The translations under genes and the position numbers were made by a program. A stretch of 63,804 nucleotides of DNA, the filler included, from Octopus bimaculoides (lineage: Eukaryota): the NCBI RefSeq assembly GCF_001194135.2. It is 6 parts of 6 records of this genome, joined end to end, with 100 filler letters (N's around TTAATTAATTAA, not from the genome) between each part and the next. Parts side by side here need not be neighbours in the genome. Positions count along the whole stretch, not along the records: positions 8,682 to 37,777 come from NC_068996.1; positions 37,878 to 41,195 come from NC_068988.1; 4 more parts are not named here. One strand, given 5' to 3'. Below the pieces are notes generated by a model that worked only from the letters and a program-made list of their open reading frames with translations, did no database searches and was not told where the DNA came from. Below are positions 26,606-39,040 of the stretch, piece by piece (the stretch's first letter is position 1; each line of letters opens with the position of its first letter).

Positions 26606-26819
26606 AAGCAGCGAGATGGTACAATCGTTAGCACGCCGGACATAAAGCTTAGCGGCATTTCGTCCGTCTTTATGCTATGAATTCAAAATCTGAAGAGATC
26701 TATTTTGCCCTCCATCCTTTTGCGGTCGATAAAATAAGTACCACCACATACCGGGCTCGATGTAACTAATTTCTCCACCACTCAAAAACCGCTGGTCCTG
26801 AGCCAGAATTTGAAACCAA
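26606..26819 (+). mobile_element. SINE family C, decayed
   Basis: AATCGTTAGCACGCCGG..GGCATTTCGTCCGTCTTTA..GGTCGATAAAATAAGTACCA; TTA tracts on both sides. Confidence 0.7.
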
Positions 26820-27097
26820 CATTATTATTACCATAGGCTTCAGGGTCGGAATTAGTAGTGCATCTTGTCGTACTTAGATACGTCTAATTCGATTTTCATT
26901 CTACATTTCTGAGGTCAATAAAGCAAACACCAGTCAATTCCTGAAGTTTATATAATCGATAGTTATTTAATAAAGAAAAGTTTATGCCTGTGTTCGAAAT
27001 CATTAATTACTGAAAGTTTACGTATAAAAAAAAAAAACTGTTGTAATATATAAATCGTTGAGTAAAACTCCAAGCTACAATGAGTTTCTGCTAAAAT

Positions 27098-27224
27098 AAT
27101 TCCGCCAAGGTCAACTTTGTCTTTCATCTTTTTGGAGTGGAGAAAGTAAGTAGCAGTTGAACCCTGGGTTCGATGTAATCAACTTGCACCCTTTTCCGAA
27201 ATTACTGGCCAAAGTTTGAAATCA
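27098..27224 (+). mobile_element. SINE family C, 3' part
   Basis: AATTCCGCCAAGGTCAACTTTGTCTTTCATC..GGGTTCGATGTAATC. Confidence 0.6.
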
Positions 27225-27522
27225 ATATATACGGCTGGTCAAATGAAAAAAAAAAGTCCTATGTCATATCTATTGCTGAAATGCAGAGAGTGAAACTAAA
27301 CATCGAGAGGACAGTTAAGTACATTTAATAACATTTTGCTTAATATCATGATTGGAAATTCGGTCATGATACTATTTAGATACAAACTAAAGATTAGTTT
27401 TCTGTTGAACCATTGATGTAGGACAGCGTATTTTTTTTTTTTTTATCTAGCTTTACTTATAGTTACTGTGCCGGGAATTGAATTATTACAACTCAACTTA
27501 AATGACGGCATCAGAGTTGCTA

Positions 27523-27577
<55 letters not shown>

Positions 27578-29145
27578 AGCACTGTACTGTCATTCAATAT
27601 TACAGCTAATGTAATAAAACATTTTCTCAGCAACGCCATTGACTGTATATAGTTGTATAATACTTTCTATAAAATATTTTTGGTGTTTTCTCTTAGCTCT
27701 AGATTTATTTTAAGCAAAGTTAAATATAAATTATTATCTATATTGAATTTATTGCTATTCTCTATAGAATATTATATAATTTTTCTCATTCTTTACAGTA
27801 ATTAAAATGAAGACAATGATTAAGAACGGGGAAGCTTTTATATAATCGCTTAACCTACTCAATGTAGCAATCAAGATTTCTCCAGGGAAATCTCTATAAT
27901 TTTAAAGATGGAATGTACATGATGTACCAAATCAGTTCTTCTTCGGTAAACTACCATTATTAAAATGAAGACCACTTCCTATATCTATATGTTCTATAAA
28001 GTATACAAAATGCTTAAATATTATTTGCAAATCAAATGATTTGACTCCGTCTGATATCTCATGCGCCAGATCATAGCATGTTTGAAATTGATGATATTTT
28101 GCATGTTCCAAATATCAAAAGCAAATCTCATCAAAACTATCCACTATCATTATGAAATCAGTAATTACGTCGAACCATTATCTTATGCACTTCATATGAC
28201 AATACTCATTCTTTAATAACTCAGCTACATGTATTTTTTTAGCGCAAAGTTAAATCTAATTTATATTTATGTATAGCTATTAAGGAATACGAAAGCTGAA
28301 GTCTGCGATTAAATCACCATGATGTAGCTGTAAAACAAAATTAGTATTCATATTGGTAGTTATCCGGCAAATAAATTGATGTTGCAGATATCGTTATGGG
28401 CAAAAAATAGACTTGTCTAATGTTTTTGAAAGCACATTCTAATATCATATTTAAGCTCAAAAAATAAATTATAATACGGTTTATTTATCTTTCAAATATG
28501 TATTATATTTCAATGTTATATGAGAAAAAAGTAAAATGTGGTACTCATATCAGTTTTAATTTCATCACAATGTACAAATATAGAAAAGTGTGCTGATTAA
28601 ACCAACTGCTCACCGTATTTTCTCTAGCAATAATTATATTTCGCTTTAACACACAAAGCCGTGTATTTATGGAATTGACATGTATTTGATTGAATAAGTT
28701 TCAGGGCGTGACAGGTATTTATTTTAGCGGTCGCGGATGAATTAGATGAAAGTCAGCTTAATAAGATAGGCAAGGCTGAATACCTTTTTTATTTGTATTA
28801 AGATATCAATGACCAAGTCTACCGTGGCATTGAATAGGATGCTATTGAAGTGACAGTAAATTGTCAGCGTATTTAGTACTTAGAAGTAACTTCATGTCAT
28901 TTTTTAAAGGTTAAACTAGAGTTCTATCTCACCTGTCCGATACAAATACAGTTGGTGTGAATGTCCGTTTGCTTACTCCCAAATGCACTGTCTTTATTTC
29001 CTTAAAAATTAGCATGGCTCGTATAATGGGGGTCTCCATTTTGGTTTCACATTTCTCGATTAAAGCAAATATTTATCTTGCACCTGTAAGGATAATATCG
29101 GTTAATTATAATTGCCGAATCATATATTACATGTTGTAGATTTTG

Positions 29146-29179
<34 letters not shown>

Positions 29180-29786
29180 CATGCGTGTGTGGGTATTGTC
29201 CGTGTACTATGCCACAAATTAATACGAACTTTATTAGACCAATATTGAGTATCCCGAGTCTTTGAGCAAGCAAATAGACTACACTGAGATATATTTGTAA
29301 ATAATATATATTTCTCCTATGATTACATCCAAAACAATGCAGATTGAGTTCCATGCAGTTTCAAATTTTCATTCGTATTTCTTCGCTATGGATGAATTTC
29401 AGTGATATACAGCACTCTGATGAAGTAGATTCATTCAACACTTAAGCAAGTTTGGTGTACTGTTTCCAGCACACTCATGCATGTGTAAGAAACCACAAGG
29501 AAGATAATCATGACAGCTGAGACCAGTTCAAGTTGGTTGATTAAAGACTGAAGATGGAAAAGTTCTCTCGGTGAAAGATATTTTACTCAACACTAGTAAC
29601 TCAGGTGAAGAGTACAAGGAGCTAACACTTGCAATCCTGAGATACCTGCTAAAGATACGGAAGTGTTTCTGGTATTGTTATGACATTATTGACCACCGAT
29701 AGAAGAGTATGCAATAGATTTGAATAACATTTCGAGTTTGTGTGGAGTAAAGTATATCTGATGATTATTCCACTTGCATCTGTCTG

Positions 29787-29846
<60 letters not shown>

Positions 29847-30102
29847 GCTATATGATGAAAGGTGCATGTTAATCTGCTACGCATACGCACGGACACATAC
29901 GCGCGCGCACACACACACATCTGTACAATCAAAAGGTGAGAACTAGAAATGCTCTATAAGAAACAGGTTGTAGTACTCAAATGACTTGAACTTTAACTCG
30001 GAAGTTTTTTTATCGAGGATATGTATATATANNNNNNNNNNNNNNNNNNNNNNNNNNNNNNNNNNNNNNNNNNNNNNNNNNNNNNNNNNNNNNNNNATAT
30101 AC

Positions 30103-30154
<52 letters not shown>

Positions 30155-30289
30155 GAGAATGTACGAAAAAACAACAACAGACGAGGACAGGTGGTGTAAA
30201 TAACAAAAGGATGTATTAGTATGACGCTCGTGTGTGTGTGTGTGTGTGTGTATAAGATATATATATATCCTGTGGAAGGATCATTTATA

Positions 30290-30625
30290 GGCGAGGGAGT
30301 GGCAGTGTGGTAAGAAGGTTGCTTATCAACCACATGGTTCTGGGTTTAGTCCCACTGCGTGACACCATGGGAGACTGAAAAGAAGCCCTTCGTATAAATA
30401 TATATGTATGTATATTTCTCTGTCTGTATTTGTGTCCCGCCACCACCACTATCACTTGACAACCGATGCTGGTGTGTTTACGTCCCCGCAACTTAGCAGT
30501 TCGGCAATAGAGACTGATAGAGTAAGTACTAGGCTTACAAAGAATAAGTTCTGGGTCGATTCGATCGACTAAAGGCGGTGCTCCAGCATGGCCGCAGTGA
30601 AATGACTGAAACAAATAGAGGAGTA
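30290..30625 (+). mobile_element. SINE family B with an internal deletion
   Basis: Head GGAGTGGCAGTGTGGTAAG..GGTTTAGTCCCACTGCG; part of the core is missing relative to 11362; conserved tail. Confidence 0.85.
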
Positions 30626-30956
30626 TTTGTTGAATAAAGCAAGTGAATGCATAAATATATTCGTCCGTTTTTCACACTAATTATATTTATCTTCATATAT
30701 GGATCTAATTATTTGGTGTGTCCATATATTTACACGTTTTGCATATCAATATACATAGATATATATGAGCTTACATACATATGCGCACACTCACATGTGT
30801 GCAACTATGCTCACGCGAGCGTCTACACTCTATTGAGATTCACAATGTCGCACGCGCTGGCACATAAGAGACGCACATGCATTGCCGGAAACTGTTTATT
30901 GGCAAACATTGCAAGCTTTGAATCGTTTCTTAAGAATTTAATTGTTCCTCATGTCC

Positions 30957-31062
<106 letters not shown>

Positions 31063-31249
31063 TGAGTATGCCGACATGCTTGTAGCTGAGTGTGGGGAAG
31101 TAATATGCAAATATCATGAATATGATGATGATACTGAATATGATTAGGATTATTCTAGCGATAAGTGATTTTTTTATTTTCTTTTCTTCTGCCTTTGTTT
31201 CTAGTGTGTTTGTTGTTTTCGTTGTACTTGGCTTGTGTTGGTGGGTAAT

Positions 31250-32093
31250 GAATAATAAATGGTACGTTGGATAAACAAAGTGTTGCATATAGTAAGAGTA
31301 GGAATCAGGTAATCAATGAGATGGGTGTGTTGGTGGTAGTTGAATGAGGGTAGGTATACAACGATGTGTATATGAATGTGTTGGGGAGGTGGGTGACTAA
31401 AAGTCGGTGGCAGAAGTAAAGCATGGTGTTAGGGGAAAGAAGAAAGAGTAAGAGGAGTGTAGCAGAATAAGAATTTGGAGTGGCAGTAGATTGGGGTGGG
31501 ATGGAGGTGGAGTGGATTTTCATTGTGGTTAGGGAGTAGGTAGGTGGGTTTTTCGTTGTCGGTGGGTAAGACGGGGATAAAGTATGGGTAGGGTGGTATG
31601 CAGTTGTGTTTGAACAGAAATCCGTTGTTTTCTGTGGAGAAAAATTGCGTTTGAGCTCCCTCTGTGCTTGTGTGTTTCTGCGTGCGTGCGCGCGCATGCA
31701 AATGGGTGGGGTGATAGATGAGCCGAGCAAGACAGACATGAAGACGTGGAAAAGAAACAGGGCAAGGAAGGATTAGAAAATGTGGATGGCACGGGGTGTT
31801 AGAAAAATAAAGGAGACGGGTTGTGTGGTGTAAGGGTTGAATAAATTGTGTTGTTAAGATGGTTATGATGGTGGGTGGAGACGGTGGTAGCATCCTTAGA
31901 ATGGTTGCGGTGATTGGTGTTTGATGTCTGGACGAAAAGTTTCACTCAATTGAAGACGAGAGAGAAGAAGAATGTGACCCTAGAGGAAGTGGGAATTGGT
32001 TAGAATAGAATTGGGTGGGAACAGGAGTAAGTGCGGTGAATGTAGGGAGATATTGACGAGAAAAATGAGTGGAGTGAGAGCGTGTGTGAGAAA

Positions 32094-32177
<84 letters not shown>

Positions 32178-32900
32178 GAGAGAGAAATTGAAAGTAATGT
32201 GTGTGAATGAGATAATAAGAGAAGAGAATTCAGGGCAATGCGAAACGTATGAATGGAAGATTTGAGATAAAAATGGTAGAGTGACGGCGGAAAGAGTGCG
32301 GTTGGAAGTAAGGGTATAGGAAATGAGTAGGGCGTGGAAGGTCGATAGTTTGGTCGTTTTCTGCCGTAGAATGAAAGAAAGAAAAATAAATAATTAGCAA
32401 AGAACAGGGTGTGAGTATGGCGCATGTATATGATTGTTTATGTGTGCGCGGGCAGGGTGAGAGAGAGATGAGAATTGGGTGGAAAAGATGGAAAGAAAAA
32501 TGGATACAGTAGAGGAATAAGGGAAATGTTATTCATTTTGGGAAAGAATTAGAGTTTTCTTTTGTGTGTGTGTATGTGTGTGAGAGAGAGAAAGGGACAG
32601 AGAGAGAAAGAGAGAATGAGAGACAGATAGACATTTAGAGAAATAAAGGTTGGTCGTAAGGTAAATTGAGAAGCAATGAAATTATTAGAAATTAAGACGT
32701 AATGATGATGACGACGACGAAGACGATGATGATGATGATGATGATAATGATGCTGGTGGTGTTGGTGGTGGTGGCGGTTATAATGCAAGACAATAATGGT
32801 GATGAGAATTGTAAAAGAAGGCTTTAATGGAAATAAAATGGCATTGTGTGTATGCGTGTGTGAGTAACAGAAAGCGATAATGATCAAGTATTTCTGTGCA
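31250..32900. repeat. Purine/G-skewed low-complexity region including (AG)n at 32099-32172 and (GAT)n
   Basis: Strong strand skew; overlapping ORFs are S/L/H/P-rich and not protein-like. Confidence 0.6.
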
Positions 32901-33468
32901 CGCACGTAAATGTATTTCTCAGTACGTGCGTGTTAAGTAGTGAATGTGTGAGTATTTCTGTGCGCGCATATACATATGTATCTGTACGTTAATGAATAAG
33001 TGAGTCTGTCTATGTGCTTGTATGAATTTATGGATGTATATTAATGAAGAAATTAATGGACATATATCCGTGTATGTAAATGCGTATGCGAATTAATAAG
33101 TGGAAGAGTTCGTGTGTGCTTGCTATAAGAATGTGTGCGTCAGTACGAGATAGACGATCAAGGGGAGGGGGTGCAGAAAAAGAAGGAGAAAGTGAGTAAG
33201 ACTGAAGAAGTTGAAAAGTTTAAATGGGATTTTAATTAGTAATAAAGAAAAACAATATAATGAATGGATTTTGTTAATTAGGCATAAATTGCAAATGAAG
33301 TTGCATCATATAAACATAAACGCGTAGCTATGTGGAGTCACTGTAAGTTATTTACTACACCTGAGTTTTCTGCCGCTGTTGCTGCAACAACAGAAGCTCC
33401 TCCTCCTCCTCCCCCTCCTCTTACTACTGCTGCTGCTACTACTACTACCACTGCTGCTGCTGCTACCG

Positions 33469-33519
<51 letters not shown>

Positions 33520-33559
33520 GTAGTAGTAGTAGTAGTAGTAGCGGTAGCACTAGTAGTAA

Positions 33560-33765
33560 CCCTTTCTACTATAAGCACAAGGCCTGAAATTTGGAGGAGG
33601 GGACTAGTCGATTACATCGACCCCAGTACTCTACTGGTACTTAATTTATCGATTCCGAAAGGATGAAAGGCAAAGTCGACCTTGGTGCATTTGAACTCAG
33701 AACGTAAAGACAGACGAAATACTGCATTTCGACCGGCGTGCTAATGATTCTGCCTGTTCATCGCC

Positions 33766-33766
<1 letters not shown>
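33560..33766 (-). mobile_element. SINE family C
   Basis: Reverse complement of the 23841/44636 type; head abuts (TAA)n at 33767-33833, tail abuts the (CTA/TAG)n tract. Confidence 0.85.
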
Positions 33767-33833
<67 letters not shown>

Positions 33834-33834
<1 letters not shown>

Positions 33835-35760
33835 GAGAACTGCCACAGCAAGCGCAGAAATCTCAGCTCTTCATGGATTGATTATAAAAAAGCCTTTGAC
33901 AGCATACCACATTCGTGGATTCTGAAATCGCTGGACATTTTCAAAATTTCTCCTGTGATTTCAGATTTTTTTAAAGTATATGTCTCTATGGAACACGAAG
34001 CTCCAATTATATCATGCTAATGAAATATTGCGCTCAAACAATATTAGCATAAACTGGCATTTTCCAAGGTGACTCGCTTTCACCACTAATTTTCTGCATA
34101 GCACTAATACCACTCTCAAGTGAACTGAATAGAACAGGGTATGGCTACAGAATTGACAACAGGAAAATAAGCCATCTATTTTATATGGCAAAGATGATGA
34201 AGAGCTTCAAGAACTACTACATACTGTGAAAGGATTCAGTGATGATATCGGGATGGAGTTTGGCCTTGAAAAGTGTGCCAAAGCTACTTTTAAGAAAGGG
34301 AAACTGGTAAAGTCAAGTTCAATAGAATTAGATGTCGAAACAGTATTAAAAGAACTTGAGCAGGAACAGACCAATAAATACCTAGAAATAAATGAAGGCT
34401 CTGGTATCCAGCATGCAAGCATGAAAGAGAAGGTTAGGAAGGAATGTTATAGAAGAGTTCGAGCAGTTCTGAAGTCTGAGCTGAATGCATATAATAAGGT
34501 GTTAGCCATAAATTCCTTAGCAGTCCCAGTTGTTCTTTATAGCTTCAATGTGCTTCACTGGAATACCAGTGAAATAATGAAAACTGATATAAAAATACGC
34601 AAGCTACTGACTTGTAATAAGATGCACTATCCAAAGGCAGACGTGGATCGTCTTTACCTTCCCAGAGCTCAGGGAGGCCGAAGCTTGATCCAGCTTGAGC
34701 TTACGTACAAAACCACCACAATCGGACTGGCCAAATACCTTGAAACAACCAACGATTGGATGCTGAAACTTGTTGAAAAACATGAAAGACCGAAAAAACT
34801 TCACTCTATTCTGAAAGAGAGCAAAAAATTCGCTACTGATCTCTTAGATACCCAGCAGCTTGATCAGGTTGAAGGAAATGCGCCAACTGCTGCTGCAAAG
34901 AAGATAAAATTAATTGCAAAGACAAAAGCACATGAAAAATTAGCTAGCAGATGGGAAGAGAANNNNNNNNNNNNNNNNNNNNNNNNNNNNNNNNNNNNNN
35001 NNNNNNNNNNNNNNNNNNNNNNNNNNNNNNNNNNNNNNNNNNNNNNNNNNNNNNNNNNNNNNNNNNNNNNNNNNNNNNNNNNNNNNNNNNNNNNNNNNNN
35101 NNNNNNNNNNNNNNNNNNNNNNNNNNNNNNNNNNNNNNNNNNNNNNNNNNNNNNNNNNNNNNNNNNNNNNNNNNNNNNNNNNNNNNNNNNNNNNNNNNNN
35201 NNNNNNNNNNNNNNNNNNNNNNNNNNNNNNNNNNNNNNNNNNNNNNNNNNNNNATATTGGCTGCTCAAGACCAAAGCTTATTAACCCGGAACTACCAAGC
35301 CAATGTCATAAAAAATGGAGCTGACCCAAAATGCCGATTTTGTAACGATGCGATTGAAACTATAGACCACCTAATCTCAGGGTGTAGAGTCTTAGCACCT
35401 GTAGAATATAAAGAAAGACATGACAGAGTTGACCAGTATTTACACTGGACAGTATGTCAGCATTATAAAATCAAAACCGCTGACAAATGGTATAAACACC
35501 ATTCTGAAGCTGTGACTGAGGGAGAAAAGGTATCGATTCTCTGGGACTTCCCCGTACATACCGACAAGGCTATAAAAGCTAATAAACCGGATATTATTAT
35601 AGAAGGTCAGACAAAGAGGACGTGTTTATTAATTTACATGAGTATTCCCTGCGATCATAATATAGCGGCGAAAGAATTTGACAAGATCAGTAAATATAAA
35701 GACTTGCTAATAGAAATCGAAAAAATGTGGTACCTCAAGGCGACTACCGTACCAGTGATG
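33834..35760 (+). mobile_element. 5'-truncated R4/Dong-like LINE (RT, CCHC, RLE), with gap at 34963-35254
   Basis: Starts directly after (TAA)n: ENCHSKRRNL..WIDYKKAFDSIPHSW, GIFQGDSLSPL, GMEFGLEKCA, KCRFC..ETIDHLISGC, ANKPDIII..KYKDL; frameshifted. Confidence 0.9.
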
Positions 35761-35886
35761 TGTTCATTTACAAAATCATATGATAGAAGAAAAATGTGAA
35801 GAAAGTGAGAAAAAAGAAAGAAAGAAAGAAAGAAAAGTGAGGAAAAGCAAAGTAAGAAAATAAAGAGGAAAAGGAAAAAAAATTCA

Positions 35887-36502
35887 CCTCAGCAATGCTC
35901 TTCTCAATACGCGTGACCAGTTACCAGTTAAGACAATCCTTTGCACTTCCTGCATGGATGGTAAACCAGAGATCATCTTCAAATAAGATTTAGTTCCTTC
36001 TTTGATCATTTCAAGTTCTCCTACAATCACTGGTATTATAACCGTCTTGAGATGTCACATTGTTTTCGATTTCAATAAGCAATTCTTTATATTTTCTGAG
36101 CTGATCAAATTGTTTTGCCGAGATATTACGATCACAAGGTATGCTCGTGTCAATCAATAAACAGATTTTATTATTTTAGTCTTTCGTAACAATATCTGGT
36201 GTATTAGCTCTGTATGTACTGGTAAGTCCCAAAGAATCGTTCCATTTTCTCCCTCAGTTACAGCTTCAGTGTGGTCTTTGTACCATTTGTCAGCAGTTTT
36301 GATATTATAATGCCGATATATCATCTGGTGTAGATACTGGCCAACTCTGTTATGTCTACTGGTACTATAACCTTACATCCAGAGATTAGGTGGTCCACTG
36401 TTTCAATCTCATCGTTGCAGTATCGGTACTTTGGGCCTAGCCCATTTTTCATTACATTGGTTTAGTAGTTCCGTGTCAATAAGCTCCGATCTTGAATTAT
36501 TA
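35887..36502 (-). mobile_element. R4/Dong-like LINE CCHC-RLE fragment, inverted relative to the neighbouring copy
   Basis: Reverse complement aligns by eye with 35255-35760 (e.g. GCTGACAAATGGTA, GAAGCTGT.ACTGAGGGAGAAAA). Confidence 0.8.
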
Positions 36503-36583
36503 TTACTTGATGGAAGGAGATTAAGTCGATGCCATCACAAGTAGTTGGCGAGCATATTATTATAGTTGTTGTTGTTGTTGTTG

Positions 36584-36660
<77 letters not shown>

Positions 36661-37400
36661 TAGCTGTTTAATATTTGGTAGACTGAGTCAAATTTCTACT
36701 GCTACCCCTTCGGGTTGCTGGAGTGTGTGCAGCATTGTGTTCTTTTCTGCTGTTAGGAGTGTGCAAACTCTTCCGAGTACTCCATTGTGTTAGTTCTTTT
36801 TTTTCCTTGAGGTGTGGTGCTATCTTTTGTTGTGTTACTGCTTGTATTGTGTGTTGAGTGTGTAATGCTTTGCTTTTCTAGCTTGCTGGTGGGAGTTTAT
36901 TTCACTGAGTAAATGCTATATAGAGTGTCTTGTATTTGTGGGTTGTTTTGTTTAAATTATTTTATCGTATTGATAGTGTATTGCGTAGAATGTGGGCTGT
37001 TCCTAGCCGGGCTATTTTTCGGACAGTGTGTAGTGTTGAGGATCCAGGTATAGTTTCTACATTTTTGTTCATATGATTTTTTTTTATCATACGCAATGCT
37101 CCAATTATTATTGATATAGCTTTTACGTTCATGTCCCACATTTTGAATACTTCAATATCGAGTTCTCTGTACTTCGACAATTTCTCATCTTTTTTGACTA
37201 TTTTGATCAGAAAGGACTGCAACGTCTATCAGTAATTGTTTTTTCCCCATTCCTTGACTATTATGTCTGGGCAATTAGCTTTTATTTCTTTGTCGGTTTG
37301 AACCGGTATATCCCAAATGATTGTGGCGTGATCGTTGTCTTGTACCTTGCTTAGCACGTGCTTATACCACCTACTGTCAGATTTTGATGACGAGATGACG
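36661..37400 (-). mobile_element. R4/Dong-like LINE 3' end with a distinct UTR
   Basis: RWYKH..ATIIWDIPVQTDKEIKANCPDIIVK, KLSKYRELDIE..LGTAHILR; the 3' end abuts (TTA)n at ~36585-36660. Confidence 0.8.
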
Positions 37401-37409
37401 AGAATAATC

Positions 37410-37610
37410 TGGCTAGTCTGTTTGGTGGACAAGGCTGAAAGGCATGAAGACAGATACATTCCTCTTTGGTAGAACTCTCATCTCAATTTCGCTTGGAAAG
37501 GAAACTGAAACTGGAGAGAGAAGTGCTATTCTTGAGTGAGTTTATTGAGAGATTGGTGAAAGTGGCAAAAATGGTAAGAGTGAATGGTACCTCTCTAAGC
37601 TAGACCTGTA
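37410..37610 (+). pseudogene. Possible L1/Tx1-like ORF2 C-terminal relic
   Basis: VWWTRLKG..LERKLKLER..EFIERLVKVAKMVRVNGTSL*; recalled similarity to an octopus LINE end, not verified. Confidence 0.3.
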
Positions 37611-38116
37611 ATTTCGGAGAGGAGGAATTGGAGAGGGCATTTGCTCTTGGTGTACAGAAAAATCTCGGACACTGGGATTCCTCAAATATCCTTAGAGGTC
37701 CTCATGTATCAGGAGGGCTACATCTCTATCCCCCACCTTTTTTTTTAAACCTTTAAATACTATACTCTTTTTCAGTGNNNNNNNNNNNNNNNNNNNNNNN
37801 NNNNNNNNNNNNNNNNNNNNNTTAATTAATTAANNNNNNNNNNNNNNNNNNNNNNNNNNNNNNNNNNNNNNNNNNNNGTGTGGGTATGTGTGCGTGTAGG
37901 AAGGGGTGAGATAAAAAGTGGAAAAAGGTAGTGAGTGTAATAAAAAAGTGAATAATGGATATAATGTAAAGTGGATGGGAGGGGGCTAAAAAAAAATTAA
38001 AGAAAAGTGCTGCATTGTCGTAAAGGGGAGAGTCATAAGGAGGAGGGGGCTGTGTTGAGTCCGAAGGGGAAAGAAGAATTAAGGTTAAAAATATAGCGCT
38101 GTTCCAAGTGGAGTTG

Positions 38117-38154
<38 letters not shown>

Positions 38155-38500
38155 CATCATCGTCATCATCATCATCATCATCATCGTTGTCCATGCTGGC
38201 ATGGGTTGGACGGTTTGATCAGGGCTAGTAAGCTGTGGGGCTGCACCAGACTCCACTCTGATTTGGTATGGTTTTCTATGGCTTGGTGTCCTTCTTAACA
38301 GCAACCACTCTGAGAGTGCAATGGGTGATTTTACATGCCACTGGCATGGGTGCCATTTGCATGACACTAGGGTGTGTTTACATGCCACCATCACAGGTGC
38401 TAATTTGCATGACACTGGTAACTGTCATTTTGCTTGGCCTGATGTGTCTTCTTCTCAAGCATGACATAATGCCAAAGGTCTTGGCAATTGCCCCCGTAAG
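38155..38500 (-). mobile_element. RTE-type LINE 3' end with (GAT)n tail
   Basis: Reverse complement of the 51921 type (CCAACCCATGC.AGCATGGA..GATGATGAT); internal ~40-bp repeats ATTTGCATGACACT. Confidence 0.7.
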
Positions 38501-38525
38501 GCATATGTATATATGTATACATTAT

Positions 38526-38754
38526 AATAATAGTAAAAATAATCGAGGATGGAATTTAGAAATATTTTAATGCATCCTTACGTGCATTTCCACAGATTAA
38601 ATGTTTTTTTGTGACTATAGACTGCATACCTTGGATGACTACAGTCCAATCTGTAATATCCATGGTCACAAAAAACATGTGATCTGCTGAAATGCGCATA
38701 GCGATGCATTAAAATATTTATACATCCCATCCTTGGATTATTTTTACTATTATT
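38526..38754. mobile_element. MITE/foldback, ~230 bp, with ~85-bp imperfect inverted arms
   Basis: AATAATAGTAAAAATAATC..AAATATTTTAATGCATC..GTGAC pairs with GTCAC..GATGCATTAAAATATTT..GATTATTTTTACTATTATT. Confidence 0.75.
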
Positions 38755-38841
38755 ACTATATGTATCCTATGCTATGTCTGCACACCCTGGTACAATCTCA
38801 TAAAACTGCTGTTGCAGGTTGGAATCGCTAAGCTGTCATCA

Positions 38842-39040
38842 TGGCACTCAGTTGGTTATAACAATGAGGGTTCCAGTTGATCTGGTCAATGGAACAGCCT
38901 GCTCATGAAATTAATGCACGAGTGGTTGAGCACTCCACAGATATGTGTACCCTTAGCATAGTTCTCAGGGAGATTCAGCGTGACACAGAGTATGACAAGG
39001 CTGGCCCTTTGAAATACAGGTACAACAGAAACAGGAAGAA
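38842..39040 (-). mobile_element. SINE family A, 3' half
   Basis: Reverse complement of 590-732 (GAGCACTCCACAGA..GATTCAGCGTGACACAGAG..CCCTTTGAAATACAGGTACAAC). Confidence 0.8.

Noticed and set aside
33330-33666. Poly-T/S/Q/L/R ORFs from trinucleotide tracts (also 13254-13695, 23644-23826, 26155-26658)
   Set aside because: Microsatellite translations open in several frames, with no splice or domain evidence.
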